A DNA stretch of 64,000 nt from Ramazzottius varieornatus (GCA_001949185.1 BDGG01000005.1:2407249-2471248); one strand, 5' to 3'. Counted from the stretch's first letter, positions 36,205-49,561 are shown. Translations and numbers: made by a program. The notes: generated by a model from the sequence alone, not told the origin.

Positions 36205-36744
36205 ATGTCAGTACTGTCCGAATTGTTTTTGCAGTTTTGTGACTGGGACGTCGCAAAGTCTCCGGCCCAACAAACCAGTTTCGACAACCTGATCGTCACG
36301 CTCCTTGGACCACCTAACACACCCTACGTCGGAGGTCGCTTCCAGCTGCTTATCCACTTCCCAGTCGCCTTTCCGTTCGAGCCACCTCAAGCGCGAATGT
36401 TGACCAAGATCGTCAGTCCGTACTTTACGGACCACGGGGATTTCTACTACAAGTTCAACAGTGTCTGCGGTGGAGGCACCAACCTGGCCTTGCCAACATA
36501 CCGCGAGTACTGGCTGCTCATCTACGACATTGGCTACATCGTCAACATCGTGGCGCGCTACCTGACCTTCATGGACCTGGACAAGGTGGACGGAGAAACG
36601 CCGGCGCAATTGATTGTGGTGAACCAGAAGCACAACGAGCTGTTCGAGAAGAACAGGGTGGCGTTTGATGCACAAGCGCGAAAGTGTACGGCGGAGAACG
36701 CCATGGCTCACTGGGATGTTCGCTCGAAAGGTTTCTCGTCGTAA
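36205..36744 (+). CDS. Ubiquitin-conjugating (UBC-fold) protein, probable catalytically inactive variant
   Basis: GPPNTPYVGGRFQLLIHFPVAFPFEPP...TKI..P and C-terminal FDAQARKCTAENAM. HPN is replaced by SPY and G-x-I-C by GDFY. May have an upstream exon (acceptor at about 36234). Confidence 0.8.
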   Translation: MSVLSELFLQFCDWDVAKSPAQQTSFDNLIVTLLGPPNTPYVGGRFQLLIHFPVAFPFEPPQARMLTKIVSPYFTDHGDFYYKFNSVCGGGTNLALPTYREYWLLIYDIGYIVNIVARYLTFMDLDKVDGETPAQLIVVNQKHNELFEKNRVAFDAQARKCTAENAMAHWDVRSKGFSS

Positions 36745-37239
36745 ACTCCTCGAACCAACTTTATACTTCACCTCTGTTATCCAAACTCTCAGCCAACTCT
36801 CTTTCTGGTACCTGGCGATTTGTACACAGTACGTACAGTAAAAACATAGCTATGGTAGAAACGTGAATTCTGCTTTTTCTTCTCGGGGATAGTTTCGTGA
36901 TGGACTATGGATCCGTTCAACACTGACACCGGTGCCACAAAATTTTTCTTTACACGTTTACAATGGGTAAGAGCAGGAAGGCTCTACTGTACTAGTCTGT
37001 ACAGACTCCGATGGAGCCCGGCAAGCTTGATACGGAACTTGTTACTGCAGAAGACGAACAAAACGACGGCGACGGTCTGATGAAGAGCTGCTCAACGCCT
37101 TTTGCGGATATCACACCTTTAATGATGAGCGTACTTCGAGGGACTGCTGACCAGCTGAATAGAGTCTTTAGATTGTTTGATAGGAATGTTCCGTGTTCAT
37201 CGTAGCGATCTGAAAACCCAGCGATACCGATCCGCATGA

Positions 37240-38090
37240 AATACGTCGAACCCGACGACGGCTTTCTTAGAGCAGTCTGACATGAGGCTTCTTGGTGGCT
37301 GTATGAGCTCTGTTTTCATGTATATGGAAACCGACACACGGGACGATTCGACGAATTGTCAGAAGACAATTAAGCTTCAAAACCGCGGCAAGTATCACTT
37401 TCTAAGTTCGGTGATTGCACAAAGAGAACGAAAGAGCTGATAAACTGTCGGCGTGAAGAAATCGAGCAGACTCAAGCTGTAGTCAAGAGACCTCGGGAAC
37501 CGTCGGGCACAACAAATCGCGAAGCTATTCGCTGTGTATTCCGAGGGTTTTGAAAGGGTCTCACCGGCTACACGAAGAGGCGTGTCGTGTATGGAACAGG
37601 AGATGCTGGCCATGTTCGAGCAGCTGTCCGCTTAGGCTGTTTACCGAGAGAAATCTTACAGTATGTTGAGACATTCAAGTCGGAATGAAAAAAGTAGGAT
37701 ATTTGAAAGGGAGACGGATTGATGGGAGAAGGTTTGGAGGATGAGTAGAAATATCATAGCGATGTCTGGCTGGAGTTGATTCTGAAAAGGAAAGCTGGAA
37801 CGGGCGTAGAGCTGGACCATTTGGTTCTGCCGGATGTAACTGCGAGCAAGGGCCAGAAGTGGGTTGCGGATATGAAGGCTGTGATATCGAAAATGTACGA
37901 AATTGCGCCGGAAAGGCCGTACATGTATTCCACTTTATTTTCTGAAAGTTTCTGAAGCTGTTGGGAGTAACTGGTCTATGACGTCAGAGCGAGGCAATGT
38001 AATTCCGTTCACCAATAGCTCGTTATAGTACGGTTGCACCGCGCAATTTACAAGTCTGCAAATGCGCCATGCGCGCGTTGATCCGACAAG
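37240..38090 (+). pseudogene. Degraded partial duplicate of the CCDC180 gene
   Basis: Collinear DNA similarity to about 52630-53630 (e.g. GTTCGAGCAGCTGTCCGCT, TGTTGAGACATTCAAGT, GCTGTGATATCG), including the following intron. Many stops and deletions. Confidence 0.85.
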
Positions 38091-38417
38091 AAGAGAATAT
38101 GGAACCGTGCTCGAGCTGCGCAGCCTGCACTACAGTAATTATGATAATGGACGGCCAGTCGAATTTTTGCGTGGTGTTTCGGAAGTGCATAAGGATAACG
38201 AAGATGTGCATTTTATTACTTGGAAGAGGGGGCCAAGGAAGCTGGACTTTTCGCAGGATGATGGCCGGTCTGAGTTGTCAAACCCTCCAGGGCGACCAGC
38301 CCAAATCGAGAACAATCCGCAGCACTAAACTGCCCACTGATCAGTCACATTCGACTGGCAGAGGCGGTAAATCAACCACACGAAAAACCAGCGCGCTGAC
38401 AGTCAAGAAGACAACAG

Positions 38418-41400
38418 TCAAAGTGAACGCCGGGGTTCCAGTCTACTTGGTCGCGTGGAAGCGCCGGAAATTGAACCGTCAAACTCATATCCGGATGGCG
38501 AACTGGCTGTAGATGGCACGTAACGTGCCCGAGAGAAGATATCAGCCGAGGCCCGTTCGGTCATTAGTGCTCGCGGACTGTAATCGCTGGGATGCGAGTA
38601 GGGCGTTGGCGACACAGCAACCGGAATACTCTCCCGACTCCGTAGGCTGTTGGAACAGAAAGCACAACGTAAACTTATGTGACGCTAGAAATGGTGCAAA
38701 GTTTCGAGGCCGACATTTTGAAATCGCTGCTAAAGTTGCAACTGGACATTCTGCAGTATTCATCAAACCAGCGCGATTGCATACTGGGTCTCAGAAAACC
38801 AACGGGACGCAGGAAGAAAACTAACAAGCCAAGGAATCAACAGCTTCCGTTATTCAGCAACGGACTTGAATTTCCTTTTTTTTGAATAAACCGCTCAGTG
38901 ATCAAGGCTGAATAAAGTAAAGCATCCTTACCACTTGATGGACACGGCAATAGCGACGACGATCACAACGCCACCTATGGTGCCGACAACGCCCACAATA
39001 ATCGTCATCATGCCAGAAATTCCGCCTCTCACTGCAAATCAAAACCAGATATCCGCAGATGCGTAATGCGCAATTTTTGGCTGTCTATAACGGAGGCACA
39101 AATGTTTTGATAAAAAAAGCAGTTCTCACTAACCCTCTTGCCGACTCTCAGCGGGTACCAACGTTGGGATCTCCGCGACACAGTCTGCAACCGGTCCTTC
39201 CCAGCGACCTCGCGCGCCGCATACTCGATAGAAAATCCCCAATGTCACCAGCTGCCCAGTGCAGGAGTACGCTGCGATGCTTCCGTACGTTGTACTACCG
39301 TTGACCAGAATAACCATTCCGCTAGGAAGCTTTTCCGGCTGTCCACAGTCCACAGCTGTTGAAACACACGAAGAAATCAGCGGCACGAATTAATCGCTTC
39401 GGTCCACAAATAAATGTATCATAGAGCTCGCAAACTTACGAAAACAGTCTGGCAAGCTGTCCCAAACTCCCTCCGGCAAGCACACTGTAGAGTTGTTTCC
39501 CACCAGGACATATCCGGGCAAACATCGGAAAAAGATGGTGTCGCGTTGGTAGAGCATTTCCGCGTACTCGACAACCGGAAGTGGCGGGCAAGCAGGTGGA
39601 GGTTGGGTGACCGGCAGGCGTGGAGGATCAACCGACGGCGGCGCAAAGGGCGGTCGAGTGCCTGTCTCTGGCCTGCTAGTATTGCTGGTCGTATGGTCCG
39701 TTTGACTTTGACTAGCCGTATGGGTCGCTTCAGTGTACGGCTGACCGGTAACGTGGGGTACCCGACCAGTAACAGATGCCGTATGGTTTGTTGCGGGGGT
39801 TCTGAACGGTCCAGCGCGAACCAACGGAGTAAGCCTGGCTTGCTGTGGTGTCAGCGAAGTTACCAGCGTGTTGAAATTCGTCATGGCAGTTGAAGTCGGG
39901 CTGAATCTTGTGGCTTCGGTTTTCGATCTGGTCGACAAAGGCGGAATCAGGGTAGGACCGTATCCTGGTATGCACAAAGGCATGATACCTCTCCATGAGC
40001 CGTCTGGAGTACACGTCAAAAAAGGTATACCCACGAGGTTAAAGTTGGTGTTACAGGTGTAACGAGCCACCATCATCGGCCCCAACATGTCCACGGTGTA
40101 GCGCCCGTTGAATAGGACTGGGACATTGTTGCAGCGGTTCTGCAGGCCGATAGGAAATGTTAGTAGTGGTTGAGACCTCGGGGTGGTTGTCAGCGTTGCG
40201 GGAGAGGGCTTCCGTGTCCGAGGAGATGTCGGTAGCGGACGCGGTATCGTTGGTTTCGCTGTGACAGATGGTGCAAAGTACTCGGTCTCTGGCGTCTCTG
40301 CCGCTTGTGCCACATCTGGGTTTACTGTCGTGGTTGTTTCTGCTGCTGGTACAGTTGTTCGAGCACTTGGCGGCATGTTAAAGGACGCTTCGGGCAGAAT
40401 CCACCCGGCTTTTGTCGTGATCGGTGTCAAGACGGTGTGGACACGTGTTTGTAACGGGTGTGATGACCTTTGTGGTACTGTTGTCGACTGTGAGGTGGTA
40501 GGGCTTGACTCTACCGCGGTGGTAGAGGTGGTAGTGGGACTGCTTGTTGCTAAATCGATCTGTCCTGATCCATTACTTTGGCTTAGTGATGGATGGTTGA
40601 TTGGGGACAATTGAGTGATTGTTTGAGTAGAATTGTCGGTAACAGCGGTTGACTGGGTTTGGCTGCTGGCTTTCTGCACCACGATGGTCGACGGAAAGCT
40701 AATGTGGCTTATGGTTTTGGCTGATGTTGGCTCAGCGGATACGGATGTAAAGTTCATGACAGGTACGAAGGTCGCCATCGGAAGCCTTGTTAACATTTCA
40801 GGCGTCGTCTGTAATGAGGTGACGGTGGACAGACAGCGAGGAAGTACTCCACTCCAGGTGCCACTTGAGAAAGAAAGTTCGACGTTACAGTCATCGTGTC
40901 GTTGTTGAGAAGTAGAATGCAACTACCTTACTTTGGTAAACAGTTACGCGAGGCAGGACCAGACAAGTCGTAACCTTCTTCACAGTTATAAGTGACAAGG
41001 CCTCCAAGACGTCGGTCAAGCATGGTAACCAGGCCGCTCTCCGGCTGCTCCGGTATGGGACACGACGTGAAGTCTGTGTTGTGGACATAAATGTGTCAGG
41101 GTTGTCATTGTCTTTATCGCTTCTTTGTCAAAGTACGATATATTGTCTCCAGTTGAAAACATGAGCTTACTTGTTTGACAAATCCAGAATCCCTGACCAG
41201 ACTCACAGTTAAAGTCGTTCCATAACCAGCCGGCTCTCGCCGAAAGTCCCGTACAAAACTGACGACTGGTCACTTTGTCCGGCTGGTTAGATGCCCAAAA
41301 ACTTCCAACCGGCTCATTACCTGCAAGAAAAAAAATGTAAATGAGACCTTTATCTCTGACTCGTTTCGTTGTTTCCGCAGCGGAAACAATAAACATAATT

Positions 41401-42892
41401 GATTTGCGTGTTTTGCTAAGGAAATGCATCGTACCGTTCGTCCAGAGCCAGTGGTCCTCCATGGTGGACATATTTACGGAGCGGAAAAGCCCGATCCAGT
41501 AAAATGCTTCCGATGGTTGAAATCGGTGCAGGTAGGATAACTTAGCTTGGAGGTATGTCTGTTCTTGCGGGCCGATGTCGTTCATCAGGGTTCCACCCAT
41601 TTTTCGGCAAGTTTGCAATGCGCCACCCCATGTCGCTTGAGCATGGCTGTGGAAACTTAGGCAAGAGTGCTGGACCACTGCTTTGGCCGACGCCTCGTTG
41701 GGACAAAGCTCGGAAGTTAAAGCTAAGGGCCAAACAAATATCAGACATAATCTGAAATATTAGTTTGAATTCAAGGTGAAAAGAAATGTACCGTCAACGC
41801 TAAGCACGTTGACTTCGCACAGTCGAAGTCGTCCATTACTCAACAATGTGAAATCTATCCGGAGAAATCTGATGGGGACTATTTTCCGGCAGGGAACAGA
41901 CACTGCCGCGGTTTGTTCTGGAACGATACATCTCATAAAACTGGTACAAAAGTCATCGCATCTTTTTAGAGTGCATCGTTGGGAAATCGCATGAATGGAA
42001 GAGAGATTGTCAGATTGCTTACCGGTGCCGGCGTAATCGAGCCTCCCACAGTGGACGTCAACAGGAATGTTATTTCTAGAGACGTACTGAAGGGTGACGT
42101 TAGCTGTCCATGCGAAATCCGCTACGTACACAAAACGGCCCGTGAGCAGCAGGCAACACTTGCCCAAACCAATGAGGCGGAAGGAAGACCAGAGAGTGTT
42201 ACCGTATATTACCTAATGCTAAAATCCGTAGGCTATGGATATGAAAGTTTTCCGTTAAGTCGATCTTCCAGGTGAAGGTACTACCGGCGGAGAAACTATG
42301 CGCGTAACAATCGCGAGCACGCGTTGAGATCACTCCGTCATTGGTAAGCCAGGCAAATCGGTCAGCAGGAAGGATCAGTGGTTTATGCATTGCAACGTTT
42401 AAACCTGCTCAAAACAAGACAGTCACGTAAATAAAACAGGCTGGCGTTTACTCGCGGATTGCACACCGTACCAGGAGGAACGCAACGTCAACCGACTTTC
42501 TCCCATTTTCCATATATCAAACTAAAATTCTTGTCAAAGGAACGACAGTTTGACGTACCACAAAAGGGCATAGACCCGCTCCAGGTCAAATCCGGCCGGC
42601 AAAATCTGACGGCTTCGCCCAGTGTGATGTAAGGTTCTTCGCAAGAGTACACCGCTGTCGTTCCCACCGGCAGCGGGAATCGTCCGCCGTCGGGAGACAC
42701 CGGCTGCTGGAGAGTCACTTTAGAGTTGAGACGTGAACCGGGGAAACTGCAGCCATGTTTTGAAAGATGATGTGGTCCTTGTACATTTTGGTGAGAGGGA
42801 AGGGCCTTTTGTGCGTGGGAATTCGAAGGGAAGAGAAGACAGATCCAAATCTGGAACAGGATCAACCGGCAAACGCTGTTACTACCTGCCAT
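38418..42892 (-). CDS. Type I membrane protein with sushi/CCP repeats, a probable F5/8-like domain, a C-type lectin domain and Thr-rich mucin segments (furrowed/selectin-like)
   Basis: Signal peptide; CCP motifs (YSCEEPY..C..W, YTCNTNF..C..W, FRCLPGY, CGQP..YSC); CTL (WIGL, QPD, WNDFNC); TM IIVGVVGTIGGVVIVVAIAV; cytoplasmic exon ending at 38418. Confidence 0.85.
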
Positions 42893-44055
42893 GCTTTCCA
42901 TAAACATGTGTTAATTCTCATGTCGTCCTGAAGAGTAAACATAACAATGAATGCCGGTAAGCATCGTTGAGGAGTTTAGTCCAAGTGTTGCGTGTCAAGG
43001 AAATGACATATGATCGACAAATAACAATAAATTCATTGCCGCCGTCTGTCAGTTGTGACAAGCATATATCCATTGTAAAACCATGCTGGACTTGGTGACA
43101 TCGTTTTCCCACACAGAGAACGTTGTTAAAAACAATGCATTACATGAGGAATGACTGTCGCGCATGCTGAAATCCCAGTTAGAAAAAGGAGTCAGAAAAG
43201 CGGGGTGTCAAGGTGTTGAGAAACGGATGACTACATCACCAACGATGCTTCCAACGTTTGGAAGTTGATCAAGAGTGTCAGTTGAGGGCATTTCAAGAGC
43301 TTATACCTGAGCGAGCTGTGCATTGTTTCTGCTGCAGGATCACTCGACTCTGTATCAACAAGAAAACACAAGAGACTCAGGTTACACCGATTAGCCGACA
43401 CAGTAAAGATTGATCAACCTACCTGCGCTGCGCGACACAGTCATTGTGTTATCAGCGGGACGGAAATGCCTTGCTGGTAATTGGCTGGGAGACATCGAAC
43501 CGTAGGCTGAAGTCGCAACGTCGCATTTCTTCTGCGTTTCTGGACTACATGCAAATTGCAAGGTAGCCCGCACATTCTGAGCGCACGTGAATAAGGCCGT
43601 CTCCGTGAATTGGGTATGCATTGCGGCATTGGTAAACCCTTAGTGACCACGATTTCCTCCAGAAATCTCTGAAAGCTTTCTTGGTTCTAGCTTTGTTTTA
43701 CGCCCACAGTTTTCCTTATTATCTTTCCAGCTCTTGTGGTGTTATTGGTTACCCCATCCTTCGGAGAAAAAATGCCTCTCATGGTCTGAGTGAAAGAAGG
43801 CATCACGTGTCAAGAAGTGATGCGTAAAGGCCTGCGCGTTTTTATGGACATCTTTGGAACTTTCGGGAATATGGTTTTTGGTTGTTATTGTTGAGCACAG
43901 TACAAAAGGGATCATGAGCTTACAACGTTTGGGAACGCCGTCCAAACTGACTCGTGAGCACAATTCGAAAGTTTTTTGTTCTCAGGGTTGATTCTTGTCT
44001 TGTGTGCACTACATATACTGCGCGTTCCGAACTACGTGCAAGTTCAGTGATACTT

Positions 44056-44539
44056 GGGTTTCGGCAGCCCAGTTTTCGGTACATTATTTTTGGTTCCAAA
44101 TGACCCTTTTCTGACATGAAATTTGAGAGAATATTCAGGGGCATCGGATGGTAACTTTGCCATACCTCGTCGTGGCTCAAAGTCTCAAAAGACTGTTCGC
44201 CCTTTTGGAATGATATTGCACGAAACGTCAGGGGCGATTAACCTCCGAAACAGCTTGAGGGTTTGGTGTCAAAACGATTGTATGTGTAGTTTTACGCTCT
44301 GACGTCATTCTGATGTCAGAATTTTGGACAAAAATTCGAACCCCTCTGGATCTTCCTGACGTGGCCGTTTGACCACTGGTCAGAAATCAGATCTGACTCC
44401 AGATTCGCGTTTCTCGATGTCTGTATCATGGCATCACATGAGCAGTTACAAAAAACCCCTGGGGTGCCAAAACTTCGAAACTGTTCCCTGAACAATCGCG
44501 AAATTAGTTAATGTGCCGAAAATTGGGCTGCCGAAACCC
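44056..44539. mobile_element. MITE with ~31-bp TIRs and apparent 4-bp TSD
   Basis: GGGTTTCGGCAGCCCAGTTTTCGGTACATTA / TAATGTGCCGAAAATTGGGCTGCCGAAACCC, with ACTT on both flanks. Confidence 0.7.
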
Positions 44540-46118
44540 ACTTGTTGGTTGGAAAACGACGATACAGATCCTGTTTTTTGGGAAAGCTTTTGACGATGCC
44601 TCGCGACCGTTTTGTTGGTTTTCCAACACATCTTGCTTTCGAAATGTCTAGAGCGGCCTTTTGGCTTTGAATATCAGTCAGCCATTAAGTTATTCCGATT
44701 TCTGAACGACAGACGTTTCAGATTAACGCGGAGCTTCCTTGTATGACACTGTGAGTGTGAGGACCTCAATGCGCTGATGCTGTGCATGCAAACCCGTGTT
44801 GCGAGACAGTCATCGAATAAATCGCGGCTTTCATATAAATAATTGGCCATGGTGTCATGCTGATCGAACCTCCGTTTGGTATCAATATAAGCCGGAATAA
44901 ACCTCGCCTGACGGCAAAAATCGATTTTTTATGACCGATGTAAGACTTTCTTCTGTTTTGAAAATCCTTCTTGCTTCTTGTTGCGGCGTACAGTAAAAGG
45001 ATCGAGGGTAGCGAGGTTTCTAGATACAGATATCCAGACTACACATTAGATTCGCTTGCACCTACTGTAGCGGCAAGCTTAGGGCAATTGACATACAGTA
45101 TATATCCTCTTTCGAGGTAGGTGGAATTAGATGACGAGACCCATTTCAAGCAGATAAGGAATGATAGAGTGTTGCACCAGTTATCACAGTAAATCAGTTT
45201 GTCGATATCTGCAGTCATCAACAAGATCTCATGTGTACCGCACCGGAAGCCTAGCTTGTTTACCGCAGGGATGATTCTTTCTTGTCGTTCTCCAACAGAT
45301 AATTGAGAGCATAGTAACACGCTTCAAAAACCAATCTTCTTGAGGAGATCTAATGAACCAGCTTGCACAGGAAGTATTTTGTCATTAGCGTACCCTGTCA
45401 CTATCTTGAAAAAGAATATTTCCCGCTGGTCATGGCTTAAGGTTGTTTCCGCCGCATGGATTTCATCGGGTTTGAAATATCGCTGGTACTACCTATTTCG
45501 CTGAGTTCTTGCTCGAGGCGGTCTTCATACTAAACCTGACCGCGTACGTTTTTTCGAAGCTCGTCTATTTGGCATCCGAACACTCTGGCGTACTCCTGGA
45601 GCGGAAAAAGGGAAAGCGGCTGGGTCTCGTCCGGATCACGGGACCCCCACCGGGGCCCTTTTCGAGCGGTGTCAAATCCTGAAGTTAAAAAGGAAAAAGT
45701 CGAAGGTAATGTCGCACTCCGGCACCCGACTTGTATCCGACGATCTTTCAGTGGTGGAACCATCCAGACTAATCGGCGCATAGGTCGCCGTTCACCACTT
45801 ACCTGCGCTGATTTGGAAATCAGCGAATCCACCAGGTAACGAACTTTTTGCATTTGCAATTCTCTTGCTGAATCATTCCATAAACCAACAAAAGACGAAG
45901 CAAAAGCACTGTCACACGTCTCGTCAATTTTATTACGCAATTTCTGTTGTTCCCCATTAGCTGTCAATGAATAAGATAAGTCCCTTTAGGTTGATGACCG
46001 TTAATTAAGCTACGGTCACGTATTATTGATATGTGCTTTTTGACGCTCCTCATCCTCGAGCAAAATTTGGTCACTTGGATAGACAGCTTGTTTAACACCG
46101 GTTCTTTTCTTCCATCAG

Positions 46119-49100
46119 GTTCTCTCATGGGGAAATCGAAAAACGTCGTCGAAACAAACTCAACGCATTTATATACGAGCTGGCAGCACTAGTTCCCCTT
46201 TGCCGCGCAGTCAGTTCCAGGAAGTTGGACAAGCTGACAATTTTGAAATTGTCAGTAGATTACCTGACTAAAAGCAGCCAAAATTCTGTATCTGCATGGA
46301 ATGACCGGGTCGACACCGCTGTCGTCTCATCTGGCCGCCCTGCTCTAGATTGTGCTTCGCTACACAATTATCTTGCATCGGAAGATCTTCACCAGCTGAT
46401 TCGTATTATCGGTGGTATTGTCCTCATCATTGACTGTGCCACATTTGAATGTTATCTTACACCGGGGACACCGTCAGAGACATTTAACTCGAAATCCTCG
46501 GTTAGTCTGATATATAGAAAGTTCGGCGAAGCTAAAATAAGCCGCTTTAGCCGTCCTTAGCCGTGGATAAAGCAGCTAAGAACTTCTAGCCACGGCTAAA
46601 GCAGCTAAAATACTTCTAGCCACGGCTAAAATGTATTGTGCGTTCGAATGATTTATTGATGCCAAACTACTTTAGCCGACTCAATATCATTAAATCAATC
46701 GCACGCACAATACATTTTAGCCGTGGCTAAAAGTATTTTAGGTGCTTTAGCCGCGGCTAAAATATTTTTAGCCACGGCTAAGAACGGCTAAAACGGCTTA
46801 TTCTAGCTTCGCCGATCCTTCTATAGTCTGTTACAGTTAGCAACTCCCTTTCAAACATAAACTGCAGGTTCGCCGAAATCCTCAGACTGAAACTTTCCTT
46901 ACCGCCGTACGTAATCGTTTTTTATTGAATCTAAAACAACGGTAAACGCACACCGGGGAATTTTGGGCAAGTAAAAGGCATGTACCAGGCGGAAATGACG
47001 GCAAAGTAACGTATCAGCATTCGTAGTGGCATCAGTTGTTTCAGTATGACTTGTCCGATTCCTCCAGGCCTGGAATTTTTGGAAAGTAAAACGAGATATC
47101 CCTCCAATTCTTTCTTTGCAGTATAGTACCGAGTTCTGCCTTTAAGATCTGCTTTATAACACTTGGAATCGTCGCTGCGGACGCTCAGCAAAAATAGATG
47201 TGTCGACGCTCAAACTTTCAAAATTTCTTGACTCAGAATAAAACTACTTTTCTTCTCCAAGTCTGAACCTTTAAAATTCTGCCAAACATGACAAGCAGAG
47301 CGCCGGACTTAGTGTTCTTAAAAGCCCGGTTACAGCTTTGCTAAACGGTTTGGTTGAAAAAGGTAGCCAGGTAGAAAGGATGATCACACCCGCAAACGGA
47401 AGTCGGATTCTCATAAAGTCGAGGAGACTCTGATCCAGACCCGACACCGTATATGGATATCTAAGAGTTTGGGATACCTATCGACACCACCGTTAACAGT
47501 TTTTAATAAGTCCGGAACAGGAAAGAATTTCAACTTATCGACCTCACTAAAGTGGCGTAGTAAACTAGACGGTGTTTTTGGCGGAATTCCCATAAATTGT
47601 TTTTCAGAATTTGTGCAAGTCGGAATCAAAAGCTTTCACGCATCGATTAAATGACGCAAGATCTACGCATTTGGATACGCCAGGTTACGCTCGTCGAGGA
47701 AAAGAAAATAGAAAAATAAGTACAAGTAAAAGGTTCTTGCAGCTTCTTCTGGCCCAGTGTTCTCTTCCAAGCTTGGTCGTACATACTCGCCTGGGTCTGC
47801 AAAAACAAGAAGAGCCTATACTGTATATGCTTTAGAATTTTTTTTGCAATCAAAAAGTCTAACGCCGAGGTCAAAAAAAATTTTGAAAGTTACCCCCAAA
47901 AACGGACAAGTCATAGTGAAACACCTGATACACTGTAATCCGCTAGCGATCGAACTATGCCGGTGTGACTTAAAGTAATTGTGTACCGCTGTAAAATTTA
48001 TTTTATCCACCACTGTCACAGATCTGGCCATTTCTTCTGTCATAATATACGGAGGTCGCTGACAAGTGACCCTTTCGAACCTCAGATACCGTTTCGATTT
48101 GTTTCTCTGATCTGCTACCTAGGACACTGGCCAAACATTTGAGCCAGTGTTGATTTCAGTCTCGGGCATAAATTCTGGCCGTTCGACCAATCAAGTACAA
48201 CTGTTTCACTGAGACTGAATAGTAAAAACTAGCTTTTGTAACGCAGTTTTTGTATCAGTCTTCAGTTGACTTTTGTCGCTTGATTGATCGTGGCACCGCA
48301 GTAGATCTCTCATAACAAGAAATTATCTTACCAACTTGGAACCGGAACATGGTCTGGGAACCTGTTGGTCACCATATCTAAGTGGTGAAGTCGTCTTGAT
48401 GGTAGGTTTGATCAACATTGAACTTGACAAGCTCCGTATCCCAGTACAAGCTAATCACTATTCTATAGCGGACACAGCCTAGGCCGAATTGTCTGCAAAC
48501 CTTGAGAGCCCTCTGGAGCATGTCCGGTTGCTCTCAGTTCACTAGGCCAATGTCCCAACAAGCACCTTAGACCAAAGGAAATCGAAACGGTATCTCACGA
48601 TCCGGAAGGGCTCATTTTATGTGTTTCGTTCACTGCACTATACTGGAAAACATCTGTGGAAGAATCGATATTTTTCCAGAGGTCAGCAGCGAATACGAGT
48701 CTTAACAACTTCATTCATGCAGACGACGCGTCTATGATATGCGAACACTTAGAGAAAATTTCTTCCGTCTCCACCCACTCGAAAGAGCTCGTAACATTTG
48801 TGTGTCGTATGCGCCGCTCCCTCTGGCTAACCACGGGAAACACTTCGGACTCCCATGGACCTTATGCTAAAGCGACACTTGTGGGAACAATCAAGCTATC
48901 CATGCAGGCTAATGGTTCCAGTTCTGGCTTCGCATCTGTCCATGACCTTTCTGTTCGACAAAATGTGTTCGTAGCGCTGGCTCAGCCTCTGGCCGAACTC
49001 AATGTCCCTAGATTTCTGGTAGCCAGCGAACCAGTGGACTTTTTTTATCGTCTGACAACACAAGCCAAGTTCATCGTGGTGGAAGAAGAGTTTGCAAATA

Positions 49101-49561
49101 TTCTGGGTTACTCGGTTGAAGATTTAATCGGACGGTCTCTGTATGAAATATGCCATACGGAAGAACTTGCGATCATAGCTAACAGTCATCGCCATTTGTT
49201 GCATCCAAGTCTTGAAAGCGAGCCTGACGTCGTTGAACGGCATCGTTTCCTGACCAGAAGTAACAATATCATTTTGGCGCGAACCATGTGGCAAGCGTCT
49301 CGAAATCCGATGTCTGGCTTCATCGAGGCTATTCTAGTTCGCTCTACAATTATTGACGAACGACACGTGTCCGGAGACACTGTTCCTCGATTTCCGGTTT
49401 CCCGACCACCTCGCTGTACAGAACCTATTCCGCAGTTTCGGACGGAACTTTCGACGCAGCATGCAGTAACAGAAATCCCACCCGATATTCTGCAGCGACC
49501 TCAACATTGGCATATTCGGTCTTCACGACTAACTAGATTATCGACTTCGCCAACCGCGTAA
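46119..49561 (+). CDS. Class II bHLH-PAS factor, cycle/BMAL1-like (5' exons unresolved)
   Basis: HGEIEKRRRNKLNAFIYELAALVPLC..RKLDKLTILKL (EKRRR and KLDKLT favour BMAL1/CYC over ARNT). PAS-A is split by an intron at about 46501-48679; PAS-B LGYSVEDLIGRSLYEICH. Confidence 0.82.
46513..46825. mobile_element. Foldback MITE with long TIRs and near 8-bp TSD
   Basis: TATAGAAAGTTCGGCGAAGCTAAAATAAGCCG / CGGCTTATTCTAGCTTCGCCGATCCTTCTATA, TAGCC(A/G)CGGCTAA repeats, flanks GTCTGATA/GTCTGTTA. Confidence 0.85.

Noticed and set aside
40857-40870. GGTGCCACTTGAG arm-like match
   Set aside because: At the sushi exon start (SGTWSG), single arm, likely chance.
45530-45967. 145-aa minus-strand ORF
   Set aside because: No recognisable domain; probably antisense to unresolved 5' exons of the bHLH-PAS gene.
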